Source of the DNA: Octopus bimaculoides
Taxonomy: Eukaryota
Assembly (NCBI RefSeq): GCF_001194135.2
Contig: NC_068985.1
Location: 39,585,755 to 39,637,412 of the forward strand
Length of the DNA stretch: 51,658 nucleotides
Reading direction: 5' to 3'
Positions 36,560 through 49,085 of this stretch are shown one piece after another. The notes beneath the pieces are model-generated. The model searched no databases, had not been told where the DNA came from, and was given only the letters and a program-made list of their open reading frames with translations. The translations under genes and the position numbers were made by a program. Numbering within the stretch: the first letter of the stretch is position 1; each line of letters begins with the position of its first letter.

Positions 36560-38735
36560 GTGCAAACAAAATTGAAATATATATGCAGAAAACTAAAGGC
36601 AGATTTTTATCAGAAAAAACTAAGATGTCGCAACAGAAAATTCGACAACAATTTTTAAAGAGAGACTAACTGCTCCTGATTTCAACATACTTCGATCAGG
36701 GAAGGCTAAAAATAAAGGTGGCTCAGGTACCACAAAAAATAGATATCCCATTGCTTGTGGTGGCCGTAATATACCACATAGAAAATAAAACGGGTATTCT
36801 GCAAGTCTACAGACTAGGGAAAGAGAATTGTTCAGAGATGGAACTATTAATCCAAACAGACCAAGTGGAATTGATATCATCCCTGGCTAGATCAACATTC
36901 TTTTAGGCTTGCAACTTTTCGTCGAAGTTGAGGGTAGGAGGCCGACATGCTATACGTGTGGGGACGCAAAACCTCTAAGAGCTTTCTGTCCACTGCAAAA
37001 ATAAATGTTGGAAGCCCCTCCCTGCTGCCAACACCTTCACCACAACAGCCACATCAGTAACAAAAGCAGCAGTAGTTGTAAAATTAGAATCAGCAGCAGC
37101 AGTACCAAGAGTAGTAGCACAAAAAGAGCTACAGCAGCACTAGAGAGAGCAAGCGAAATACACTCAACAACAATAATAGTAAACACCAACACCATAACCT
37201 AGAAAAGAGAATCACCATCATCACCACAGCCCAAAGAGACCTCACTCACACAAGTCAACGAGACTATAAATACATAGCAAAAAATTGCCTCGCAAAAAAT
37301 CAATTCGAAAGAATCACCAGAATAGACATTTATGAAGGATAAGAGTAAAATGGAAAATGAAAAGCGTTTCACTAGACAAGAAACTAACAGCTTAGAGCCG
37401 GAGACACTGAATCTGAGGGATTATAAATAAAAGGCTCTAAAGAAATGCCTCTGGAAACATCCACAAATAGCCGTTCTGTCCTTCAACTTCTCAGTTTCAT
37501 TCCTCTTGTTGAATATGGTCATACTCAGAGTAGGAAATAACGTCTTCGGGTCACTAGATATTGATGTAGTGGTTATCAGCGATGCCAGAGTTTCCGAGGC
37601 ACGATCATTTGTGTTCACCTTCGGTGGCTACGCGTTGTACACATCTCCAAGTCTACAGCTTTCAACACATTGTCTACATTATTTACATTTGACGGATATT
37701 TGTCCTCATCTTGTTTGTTGTTAACACAACGTTTCGGCTGATATACCCTCCAGCCTCCAGTCTTGGAGAAATTTCGAACCTGGGTTCTTATTCCTAAGGT
37801 ATTTATCGATGTTGTTGCTGTTGTTGCTGTTGTTGTTATTATTATTATTATCATTATTATCATTATTATTATTATTCAGGTTACTGCCTGGAATCGAACT
37901 CGGAATCTTGGGGTTAGTAGCCCGCGCTCTTAACCACTACGCCATATGTCCGTGGGCATATGTAAATAATGTAAATAATGTACATAATTCCTCATCTTTT
38001 AAATATAGAACAGCTTTTCAGCAGTTCCTCTGTTTGGGACGAATGGCGGGACGGAACACAGAATAAACTTCATTGCCTACATCGACAGCCTTCTACAACT
38101 CTCAGCAAGAGAGGCGGAGTATTGCGAAAAACCGATAACAGCCGCTGAAATACGGAAAACAATGGCTGGCTGCATGGTAACAAACTACTTCGTTTGGATA
38201 GTCTACTCCACGGTCTTTTACCTTTATATTCCAAACTTGCTAGAAGACCTCTTGACAGATATCTACCACAACTGACACCTGATTGGGCCAATTCTCAATT
38301 CTGAGTCGAGAAGCGGTGGAGCCACTGAGAAAGGACTTGAACAAAGAGGATCATATTGATAGTTTTCGGCCCATTATTCTGGTAAATGCAGATTTCAAAA
38401 TTTCGGTCAAAGCGTAAAGATATTGGCGGATGTCGTCGATAATGTGAATGGTGATGTGCAAACATGCGGTTATTAGAAAACAAATATATTCACGACAAAC
38501 TCCACGTCATGCGTCACATCATATACAGAGAGGGTAAAGAACCTGGCGTGGTCTTGTAGGGTTTCCACGAGCGGCCCTCGGAAGTCTCCTTCCGTTGGGT
38601 GATTTATTTCTTTTTGAACTTTTCTGTTTCTTACATTTTTTTTTTCTATTTAACTCTAACATGTCTTTATATAACACATTGTATTGTGTTGCACTGTCCT
38701 ACATCGTCCTCGATCATTTAGTAAACATTAAGTGG
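36560..38735 (+). mobile_element. Internally deleted Tx1/L1-clade LINE relic (ORF1, APE start, RT start, 3' UTR)
   Basis: VEGRRPTCYTCGDAK(P)LRAFC, a CX2CX4HX4C-type knuckle with H>P at 36948-36989; SLDIDVVVISDAR (APE); PITAAEIRK..LDSL..LRKD..FRPIILVNADFKI (38364-38399); IHDKLHVMRHII; followed by (TAG)n. Confidence 0.8.
37665..38009 (-). mobile_element. Composite element: tRNA-derived head, (AAT)n(AAC)n spacer, HHR-like tail and inverted terminal segment
   Basis: A box TGGCGTAGTGG (37934-37944), B box GAGTTCGATTCC (37890-37901), GGCTG..CAGCC-GAAAC-GTT-GTGTT (37723-37765); flanking direct repeat ACAGCTTT(T)CA at 37655-37664 and 38010-38020. Confidence 0.7.
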
Positions 38736-38744
38736 TTAATAGTA

Positions 38745-38804
<60 letters not shown>

Positions 38805-38952
38805 AATGGCATGTTTAAAAAAATAATTGCAATATAAGGTTTGTGCCACTCATGTCGTATTCAATTCATTCTTACTGTCATTCAGAACATTGGTGCGCCA
38901 TTGAAACAAGCACCGTGTGTGCATGCCTGCGTGTGCATGCGTGCGTGTGCAT

Positions 38953-38994
<42 letters not shown>

Positions 38995-39004
38995 NNNNNN
39001 NNNN

Positions 39005-39035
<31 letters not shown>

Positions 39036-39234
39036 ATTTATTTGTGTGAATGTACGTGCGTAAAAAGTGTGAACTTGCATTCGAGGGCAAGAGACAAGCA
39101 AACCGGATTTATCATTATCAACTATCTTCCTTATTATCTCATGTCCTCTCCCCTACACGCTGCGATCCTTTCCCTACGTTTTGTCTGTTCGTCCTGAGGA
39201 GTTCCTCATTCGTTGTCACTGTGACCAATAAGGA

Positions 39235-39322
39235 AATCGTCATCATCGTCGTCATCATCATCATCATCATCATCATTACTACAACTACTATCACCACCAT
39301 CACCACAACTAATATTCTACTG

Positions 39323-39379
<57 letters not shown>

Positions 39380-39412
39380 GTTATTATTATTATCATTATT
39401 ATTACTGTTATC
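39235..39412. repeat. (ATC)n-(ACC)-(ATT)n compound microsatellite
   Basis: Direct reading. Confidence 0.95.
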
Positions 39413-39944
39413 GTTTGCTTGGTGGTTGGAAATTTCTGATGGATAGACTTTGCGTACGGGTTGCGTTATGCGAATACAATATCTCAGTGGTTGTGTGTGT
39501 GTGTGTTGCTGCGAGGACATGTGTGTGTGTGTGCGTAGAGGTGTGTGTGTGTGTGTGTGAGAGAGAGTGAGAGAGAGAGATAGCTGGGTGAGAAACGCAG
39601 TGGGCAATGTTGTTATTGAAGCGCAACCGGGGCGGGGGGCAGTTACGTTTCCGTGCCTCTCTGTGGACGTGCTTTTAACCAGAAGGACAATTTTCGAAGC
39701 GGATGCAGTTTTTAGCTTGTCAAAGTATCTCTTACGCTTATAGCATGGTTATGTCAATTGATGTTAATATTTTTGCTATTGTATCATTGCTGCTGGATAT
39801 GTCAATGATGAAACATGAGATAGATTCAACTGAAGATAACGCTATCATACTTCAACGTATTGAGTACTATTTTTTTATCACTTAATTGCTTACACACTCA
39901 TGTGACACCGTTCACTCTTTCTTTCTCTTTGTCCGCTCCTCTGT

Positions 39945-40101
39945 ATGCCTGTGTCTGTATATGTATATATATATATACACATATATGTAACTATGTATAT
40001 GTGTGTGCGTGTTTGTATGTTATACGTATTATTAGATGCATATATATGCATCAATATATATATGTATATATATGTATACGTATATATGCTTATGTATATA
40101 C

Positions 40102-40192
<91 letters not shown>

Positions 40193-40357
40193 GATATATA
40201 TATATATATGTGCGTGTGTGTGCGCATATATGTATATATGTGAGTGTATATATGCATATGTTCATATATGCATATATATATACACATATACAAATATACA
40301 TATACATATATATACTCACACACACGGCGTACATACACACACTCACACAGCGCACAA

Positions 40358-40426
<69 letters not shown>

Positions 40427-40695
40427 CTAGGCACTGAATGAACTTACACTTGNNNNNNNNNNNNNNNNNNNNNNNNNNNNNNNNNNNNNNNNNNNNNNNN
40501 NNNNNNNNNNNNNNNNNNNNNNNNNNNNNNNNNNNNNNNNNNNNNNNNNNNNNNNNNNNNNNNNNNNNNNNNNNNNNNNNNNNNNNNNNNNNNNNNNNNN
40601 NNNNNNNNNNNNNNNNNNNNNNNNNNNNNNNNNNNNNNNNNNNNNNNNNNNNNNNNNNNNNNNNNNNNNNNNNNNNNNNNNNNNNNNNNNNNNNN

Positions 40696-40738
<43 letters not shown>

Positions 40739-40740
40739 CT
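39945..40740. repeat. (TA)n/(TG)n/(CA)n microsatellite complex around a gap
   Basis: Direct reading. Confidence 0.95.
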
Positions 40741-40864
40741 TGTATTCTCAGGTGATGAAAATATATAAAAATGATATAATTCATGCGTGTATAAAAGGTT
40801 AATCCATCATAGTTTTTAATACAAATGTAGCCCTTGACAGCTTACCATTACTGCCGTCTCCTTG

Positions 40865-40920
<56 letters not shown>

Positions 40921-41241
40921 GCGCGCACACATGTACACGTAAACACGTGTGTGGCATATACAAAGCTAAGTGCGTGTATATATGCATATATGTGCGACTC
41001 TGTGTGTGTGTGTGCGTGTGTGTGTGTGTGTGTTTACATACATGCACATGCATACATACATACATACACGCTTGCAAGTGTATCAATGATGTTAACAATT
41101 TCTCCAAACTTCGTCGTTCCCAGTTCGATTACACTACTCACTATGTTTCGTAAATATTTCTGCTGTTGTGTCCTGATTTGATCAATAACATATGTGGAAT
41201 TTAGTAAACAGAAATCTCAAAATTTATAATACTCCGTTCCC

Positions 41242-41307
<66 letters not shown>

Positions 41308-41774
41308 ATGTATAGGCAAATGAAAAATAAAAACAAAAATTAAGACAAAACAAAATTCAAAAGGACTCACGCAATGAATGCTGACGCTCAGTTTAAGATG
41401 GAAAAAAAGAGAGGGTTGTGACGTTTCGAGCATGGCTGTTCGTCAGAAACAGGAAAGGTCCAGAGAGAATTAAAAGAGTAGACCGAGAAGAACACGTGTG
41501 TCGTTACATTGCTGACGTGACCGTGCACTTTATTTCATGGAAACCGGAAGGATTAAAAACCAGGTTTATCATTGCAGAATTTGAACTAAGAATGTAAAAT
41601 GAGGCAACTAAATTACGTAAAATGCTTTTGTTCGGCACCCTGCCCGTGTGCCATCCACTACCGCTTCATTGTTCCATTCTGGAATGTTTCTGCTGAATTC
41701 ACAATATCCCACGCCACATGCAATTTTTCGTGACAACTGGGTTGTTGGGTATATATACTTACATGGTTTAAAAA

Positions 41775-42115
41775 AGGCGCATGGCTCAGTTGTTAAAGCG
41801 TCAGTCTCACAATCATGAGGTTGTGAATTCGATTCCCAGATCGGGCTGTGTGTTGTGTTCTTCAGCAAGACACTTTATTTCCCGTTGCTCCAGTTCACTC
41901 CTCTGTAGAAATGAGTTGTGACATCACTGGTGCTAAGCTGTATCGGCTTTTGCCTTTCACTTGGATAACATCGGTGGCGTGGAGCGGGGAGACTTGTATA
42001 GAATAAGCACCAGAAAGAATAAGTACGAGACTTAGCAAAAAAGGGATTGACTTGTTTGACTAAATCCTTGAAGGCAGTACCCCACAAGACCGCAGTCGAA
42101 TGACTAAAAAAGAAA
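41775..42115 (+). mobile_element. SINE C 5' part joined to a SINE B-like 3' tail
   Basis: GGCGCATGGCTCAGTTGTTAAAG..GAATTCGATTCCC..CAGCAAGACACTTTATTTC, then GAATAAGTAC..GACCGCAGTCGAATGACT. Confidence 0.75.
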
Positions 42116-42177
42116 AGGTTAAACGGTAAATAAGTAAGCTATTACAGAATTTAAATGGCGTTTAGAGGGAAGAAGAT

Positions 42178-42873
42178 AGCCGATTACATCGACCCCAGTA
42201 CTGAACTGGTGCTTATATTATCGATATCGAATAGATGAATGGCAAAAACGACCTCGACAGAATTTGGATTCAAAATTAAAGGTAATACAAATAGATATCG
42301 GTTTCAAATTTGGGCACAAGGCCAGCAAGTTTGTGGGAGGAGTATAGTCGATTACATCGACCCTAGTGCTCAACTGGTATTTATTTTATCATTGAAAAGT
42401 AAAGTCGACCTTGATGGAATTTGAACTCAAGTTGTAAAGACGGACGAAACGCTACAAAGAAGACATAAATTTTACAACTACTATGGAATGGGACCAGTCG
42501 ATTAGATCGACCCCAGTACGCAACTGGTACTTAATTTATCGACCCCGAAAAGCAAAGTCAACCTCACCGGAATTTGAGCTCAGAATGTAAAGACAAACGG
42601 CATTTCACCCGGACTGCTAACGTTTCTGCCAGCTCACCGTCTTCTTATTTCTGAATATTCTTTTCTACTCTAGGCACAAGGCCCGAAATTTTGGGAGAGG
42701 GGGCCAGTCGATTAGATCGACCCCAGTACGCAACTAGTACTTAATTTATCGCCCCCGAAAGGATGAAAGGCAAAGTCGACCTCGGCGGAATTTGAACTCA
42801 GAACGTAAATACAGACGAAATACCACAGAGCATTTCACCCGGCGTGCTAACGTTTCTGCCAGCTCGCTGCCTT
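42178..42873 (-). mobile_element. Head-to-tail array of four SINE A copies
   Basis: CGATTA(C/G)ATCGACCC(C)AGT recurs at about 42181, 42350, 42498 and 42709 with increasing completeness. Confidence 0.88.
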
Positions 42874-44015
42874 GTATGTGTTAATCCGGCATTAATAGTT
42901 GCTCATCAGTTACGATCTTTGTTTAGCGAAATAAGTGTACGCCTGATGTTTAGCTAATAATAAGGTATTAAGTTCAAATCTCGCTGAAGCTAACGTTAAT
43001 ATTCTGTTTTTCTAGGGCAAAAAACTTGGGTCTATAAATAAATTATATTACTCTCTCCAAATGTAAGGTCTTAGAAAATACTACTTCTCTCCAAATTACG
43101 AGAGGTAAGTAAGAGATGGTAGGGGATAAAAATGTGCTTTACAATGTCTAGTTACATTCCATTACGGTTAAGTTCTTAGCTCTAATTCTACATGGTTGAC
43201 CTTGCAATTTTATTCGTCTGGAGTCAAAAAAATAAGTATCCGTAACAGACTGATGCTGTACCAATTTTAGAAATTAATATTTCTGTCGAAATTAATCGAG
43301 GCTGTCGAGCGCAGTATTAGATGCGTTATATTAATTAACTAATTAATTAATTAAGACTGTTTATGTTTTGGCTCAAATTAACTTTTTCAGTCAACTGAGA
43401 TCGATAAAATAAATACTGCGCACTTCCTTCTCAAATTTACGGTCCTTTGGTAATATTAGAAACCAATAATTCTACTAAAAATTAATCAAGAAAATAACAG
43501 CTAGTTACTACTAAGTTTTATGTAATTGAAAGAGTTTGTTACGTAAAAATTCACGATCGATTGTGTTAGATTCCAAACGTCTAGAAATGAGCAGGATCTT
43601 AGCTTAGTAGTTAAGTTCATATCACTATCCTGTAGTTCCACGTTTGATCCGACTGTGCGGAACATTGAGCAAGGAATATCTATTTAATGATGTTGCTGAG
43701 ATTAACAAAAGGTTTTCACCATGAACAGATGTGTTTCCGAATTATTCCTTCGTCAGTGTATTTTCGTGAGAAACTCTTTAATGTCACTAGAAAAACGATT
43801 TAAATATAAAACGAACAAAGAAATCTAGGGAAGACATGACACGACGTATGACAACTGCTTTTAGCATTAAGATGGAATTAATAATTGATATTGGAAGTGG
43901 AGGTGATGGTGGTGGTGGTGGTGGTGGTGGTGGTAATGATGATGTTGATGATGGAGATGATAATGATGTTTGTGGTAGTGGCAGCGGGAAAATGTGTGTG
44001 CGTGCGTGGGTGCGT

Positions 44016-44060
<45 letters not shown>

Positions 44061-44711
44061 TATGTGTGCGTTTGTAAGCGAACTTTATGTTAGAATATGT
44101 TTGTGACATATTTCCGCACTTCTAAAGACTAATTCACTGCAGTTACCATGGAGAAAAGATTCTTTCTTTATAGTGAAAGGTGTAAAAACTTCATTATCTG
44201 CCCAGTGTTGCTCCCTGTCAGATTCCTAAACACAATGTCTCTAGCTCTTTAGTCGTTATCAATGGGAAAATTTGGCCCTCGAGGATGACGAATGAATTTA
44301 CGGAATACCAGATAACCATATACACTGATATTGCGAAAAGTTTACCAGGCTGTAAAAATTTAAAAAAAAAACCTCGGAGAATGCAATTGAAACAGCGTTA
44401 ATTAAATTCACTCTCAGAGTCGGCAGTTCTAGTCAATATATATTCTTCACTGTATCCTAAATATTGAAGAAGCACAGGTTTCGTCCAGGTAAGTGTGTTT
44501 CGTCTACGCCAGTGGCAAGTAGATGCACCACACTGACTAGCCTCAGCAGGGAGAAATGCGTCAGTTATTCTTGTAAGTCACTGCTGCGACGGTGTTTGTC
44601 CTGCTTCGATATACGTTTTAACATAGGTCTTGAAAGAGATTTTCTTTCAGACAGATGCCCTGGCATCATGCCTTTCAATGGAGTACATGCATTTAGATGA
44701 TACACAGTTGA

Positions 44712-44752
<41 letters not shown>

Positions 44753-44756
44753 CATA

Positions 44757-44821
44757 GGGAGAATTCACAAAAAAACAAAAGACGAAGACAGGTGGTGTAG
44801 AAAGCAAACAGATGTATTAGT
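44757..44821 (-). mobile_element. Family E fragment lacking the HHR motif
   Basis: GACGAAGACAGGTGGTGTAGAAAGCAAACAGATGTATTAG next to (TA)n. Confidence 0.7.
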
Positions 44822-45689
44822 ATATATACATGAAGTTTAACTAAAATTACATAACTTCCGGTCGACTTTCCTTGGAAACATATGTAGAATTTACCAATTC
44901 CTTTCTCCACACCCAATGATTTATAATTACATAGCTAGCAATTATTGTTATTAGACCTTGGAGTTATATAGAAGCGGTCATCTTATTGGAATCCCGATCG
45001 AATTCCATATGGGACGAAATGTATGAGACACGCTGATTAATAAGCTCCGTAAATTATGTATTATTTGCTTTGTGCTATCTCTACAAGCTCTGTCCGTGCT
45101 TAAGGCTAACATGCATACATGCATACGTACGTACATACATACATACATACATACATACATACATACATACAAAAATGCCCTGTTTGTGTTGTAGTTCCAA
45201 TGAAGGAGCTTTGGATCTAGGTTAGAAACTGGCTCTTTCTCTATTGGCAAGAAATCTTGAAATAAAATTGAATAATGACATGCATAAATACATACATGCA
45301 TGCATGCATACATACATGTATACATACATACATATATACATACATACATACACGCATACACGGAGACAAGCCACGAGAAGACAATGCCGTTGTACAGTAA
45401 TCTTCTAAAATTATGTTAATGAGGTAACAACGAAAGTTAGGAATAAAATAAAGCGATCTGATCATATGCGCCAAGACTAGACTCATGGGAGAATGGTGAC
45501 CGTAAGATATCATTGTGCTTCTTCTGATGTCGTTGTTGTTGTTGTTGTTTAGTTCGAAGATTACCCTCACTAAGCGGATCAATGAAAGAAGTGTTCCAAC
45601 CGCGGTCATCCCATTGTTGTTGCGTTGTTGTTTTTTTTGTTTTTTGGTGGTGGTGGTGGTGGTTGATTTTGGTTACATTACTAGTGATA

Positions 45690-46013
45690 AAGGGTAAAGG
45701 GTGAAGATCCCTTTCAGTCATGAATGACCATGAGATTTCACCTTGAAAGTTACACTCCGAAGCACAAGTCCAGGCAAGGTTTTCTTTTAATTCCTATTTA
45801 GTGTTTTATTTAATTTCTTATTTCCAAGAGAAAGACCGATATAGCTTGGCACCAAGGACGTCGCAACTCATTCTCTACAGCTGAGTGAACTGAAGCAAGG
45901 TGAAATAAAATGCCTTGCTCAGGAACACAACACACAGCCCGATCCGGGAATCGAACTCACTACTTGATGACTGTGAGCCCGACGCCCTAAACACTGAGCT
46001 ATGCGCTTTCACT
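45690..46013 (-). mobile_element. SINE C, long form with (TTTACCC)n-like tail
   Basis: Reverse complement GCGCATAGCTCAGTGTTTAGGG..GAGTTCGATTCCCGGATCGGG..; tail TGGTCATTCATGACTGAAAGGGATCTTCACCCTTTACCC. Confidence 0.82.
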
Positions 46014-46059
46014 TGGGATATGATCTCTAGAACTAGTTAGCGGTGTTTGTAGATTTGGT

Positions 46060-46819
46060 GAGAATCACGGTTGTTGTCTTGGTTGTTGTGGTTGTAATGT
46101 TGGTTTTGGTAGTGGTGCTGGTAGTAGCGACGGATGTGGTGTCGCTAGTGGGAGAAGGCGGGTGATGGTTTTGATGGTGCTGCTGATGGTTGTAGTGAAG
46201 ATGGTTTTTGTACTGGTTGACAGGCCGATAGTGGTGGTGGTGCTGGTGGTGCTGGTGGTGGTTTGGATGGGAATGGTGTGATGGCGGTGGTGATGGTTAT
46301 GGTTACGGTGCTAGAGGTGGTGTTTGCGATGGTTATGAGTCTGGTGGTGGTGGTGGTGGTGGTGGTGGTGGTGTGCGTGTGTGTGAAGGGGGTGATGTTT
46401 TTGCTGCTACAGTTGTAGTTGTTGTTGGTACAACTNNNNNNNNNNNNNNNNNNNNNNNNNNNNNNNNNNNNNNNNNNNNNNNNNNNNNNNNNNNNNNNNN
46501 NNNNNNNNNNNNNNNNNNNNNNNNNNNNNNNNNNNNNNNNNNNNNNNNNNNNNNNNNNNNNNNNNNNNNNNNNNNNNNNNNNNNNNNNNNNNNNNNNNNN
46601 NNNNNNNNNNNNNNNNNNNNNNNNNNNNNNNNNNNNNNNNNNNNNNNNNNNNNNNNNNNNNNNNNNNNNNNNNNNNNNNNNNNNNNNNNNNNNNNNNNNN
46701 NNNNNNNNNNNNNNNNNNNNNNNNNGGATGTCACCATGACTGTCATTTATAGAGAGGAGACAGTGGGGGTGGAGGAGATCTAGAAGATAAGAAAGGTGGT
46801 GGTGGTGGTGGTGGTGGTG

Positions 46820-46851
<32 letters not shown>

Positions 46852-47190
46852 GATGGTAATGGTGATGGTGGTGATGGCGGCGGCTTTTGCGACGGCAATG
46901 AAGGTGACAGAGGCTGTGTTGGCTATGAGGGTGTCTGGAGGTTGAAGGTGGTTGTGTTGGTAGTGGTGGTCATGCTAATGGTAGTGATGGTAGTGGTGGT
47001 GGTGGTAGTAGTACTGATAGTGGTAGTGGTAGTGGTGGAAGTGGTGGCAGTGGGGGTAGTGGTGGCAGTGATGGTGGTGCTGGTGGTGCCGGTGGCGGCA
47101 GCGACGGTAGTCTCGGTAGTGGCGGTGGAAGAGGTTGCAGCAGAAGTAGTGGTGCTGATGGTGGTGGTGGTGAGGTGTAGTCGGTGTAGC
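46060..47190. repeat. Cryptic (GGT/GAT/GGC/CGT)n trinucleotide low-complexity region
   Basis: Direct reading. Confidence 0.9.
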
Positions 47191-47589
47191 TGACTCTAGC
47201 AGAGTTTGGGTGACAATAATATTGATAAATGAATCGATTATAGGACAATTGAGGTGAGGGAAGAAGGGGGAATTGGAGAAAAAGAGAGGAAAAGAAGGAG
47301 AAGGAGAGGGCAAGAATCAAAACAAGAACAAGAAGAACAAGCAGAAGTTTGAAGACAAGGCAGAGATGAAACAATAGGAATATTATGAGGAACAATAGAG
47401 CTGGTGTTAAGAGGAGTAGGAAGAACTAATCACGTCAGGTTGATTCGAGATTAACGCTGAGGTGGAGGAACGGGCTCTTTGCCCGCTCATTATGTATGAA
47501 TGTCATTATTTCGAGGGAAACAGCCGGTTTCTAACCTAGATCCAATGCTCCTTCATTGGAATTTCAACACATGCAACAGGGTATTTTTG

Positions 47590-47830
47590 TATGTAATAAT
47601 ACAAATAATATGTGAGTATATGCATATATATGTACATGTATGTACATACCTACATCTACATATATATATAGATGCATATCTGGTTACAGGACGTCACAAA
47701 AAAACGTGAACAAAATGAACAACAGAACATAAACAGAGCACAGAAAACGTACAAGCCACATAGAGAACATTTTCTTCATCAGCTGCCACCATTCTAAAAC
47801 TAAGCGTTTCGAAGAGTTAGGGCAGGTATG
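47590..47830. mobile_element. Unclassified short element flanked by (TATG)n-like sequence, copy 1
   Basis: Homologous to 48860-49085. Confidence 0.7.
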
Positions 47831-48149
47831 TATGTATGTATGTATGTATGTATGTATGTCTCTTCTATTTTTTAATTATCATAAATCTTCCACTGAGGAA
47901 GGAGCCGGTTTCCAACAAAGATACAAGGCCTCATCTTTGGAATGTAGTTAACACAGACTAATTCACATTTGGAACTTGAGAAAAGTCTTGCATATTTTTA
48001 CTGTTCCTCTCACAGACTGGACTTGTAATGTCAGAATCAGCCGGTCAGTTTCTCTTTCTGGAAATCCCAGTTTATCCAGATTCTACCACCACTACATACA
48101 TACATGTATGTATGTATGTATGTATGTATGTATGCATGCATGTATTCTT

Positions 48150-48512
48150 TTATTCTTTTACTTGTTTCAGACATTTGACTGCGGCCGTGTTGGAGCACCA
48201 CCTGAAAGCATTCTTTTTTAGTTGAAGAGTTACTCTTTGTAAGTCTAGTACTTATTCTATCGTTCTATTTTGCCGAACCGCTAAGTTACAAGGACGTAAT
48301 CACACCAACATCGGTTGTCAAGTGATGCTGTGGGGGACAAACACAGGTACAAAGACACAGACATCTTTCATTTTCCGTCTACTAAATCTACTCACATGGT
48401 TTTGGTTGGCCCAGGGCTATAGAAGAAGACATTTGCTCAAACTGCCATGTGGGACTGAACGCGGAACCATGTGGTTGGGAAGTAAGGGTCTTACAACGCA
48501 GCTACACCTGTG
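48150..48512 (-). mobile_element. SINE B with both halves
   Basis: Head at 48340-48512 is continuous with the 3' half ending ACAAGTAAAAG. Confidence 0.85.
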
Positions 48513-48534
48513 CCTATGGTATGTTATTGTCGTT

Positions 48535-48712
48535 TCTCTCTTTTCTGTTACTTGTTTCACTCATTAGACCGCGGCCATGCTGGGGCACTGCCATGAAGAA
48601 TTTTTAGTCGAATGAGTCGACCGCAGTACTTAATTTTTTATTAAAGCATATTACTTATTCTATTGTTCTCTTTTGCCCGAACCACTAAATTACGGGGGTG
48701 TACACACACCAA
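48535..48712 (-). mobile_element. SINE B 3' half
   Basis: TTACTTGTTTCA..GACCGCGGCCATGCTGGGGCAC..TACTTATTCTAT..GAACCACTAAATTACGGGG. Confidence 0.8.
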
Positions 48713-48833
48713 TATTCTGCTCAGCACTGTGGTGGTGAGCAGAATATTTGCTGTAGCCCATCTTTTATACCAAGACAAAACAATGTCCATAACAATGTCC
48801 AATCAGTTAAGATCAGAAGCCACGAGAGCCATG

Positions 48834-48859
<26 letters not shown>

Positions 48860-48865
<6 letters not shown>

Positions 48866-49085
48866 CAAATAATAAATGAGTATATGCATATATACGTACA
48901 AGTATGTACATACCTACATCTACCTGTATATATAGGTGCATATCTGGGCACAGGACATTGCAAACAAAACGTAGACAAAAAATAATAGCCAGAGTACAGA
49001 AAACACACAGGCCACATAGAGAACATTTTCCTTCATCAGCTGCCCCTATTCTAACACAGGCGTTTCGAAGAGTTGTATGTATGTA
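48860..49085. mobile_element. Unclassified short element flanked by (TATG)n, copy 2
   Basis: Homologous to 47590-47830. Confidence 0.7.

Noticed and set aside
37877-37958. tRNA gene
   Set aside because: A and B boxes are present but there is no acceptor stem; it is a SINE head. The same applies to the family A, B and C heads.
42178-42873. CRISPR-like or satellite array
   Set aside because: The units are diverged SINE copies in eukaryotic DNA, with no repeat-spacer structure.
43016-43110. AG..GTAAGT-bounded 90-nt exon
   Set aside because: Stops in all three frames, and it overlaps decayed SINE A-like sequence.
46940-47185. Gly/Ser-rich frame resembling a structural protein (suckerin or beak type)
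   Set aside because: No start or splice context, lacks the Tyr/His/Leu modules, and is part of a cryptic GGT repeat.
299-47395. Most ORFs in the supplied track (YIYI, HTHT, CVCV, LSLS, poly-T/V/L/S, X-runs)
   Set aside because: They are translations of microsatellites and N-gaps, not genes.
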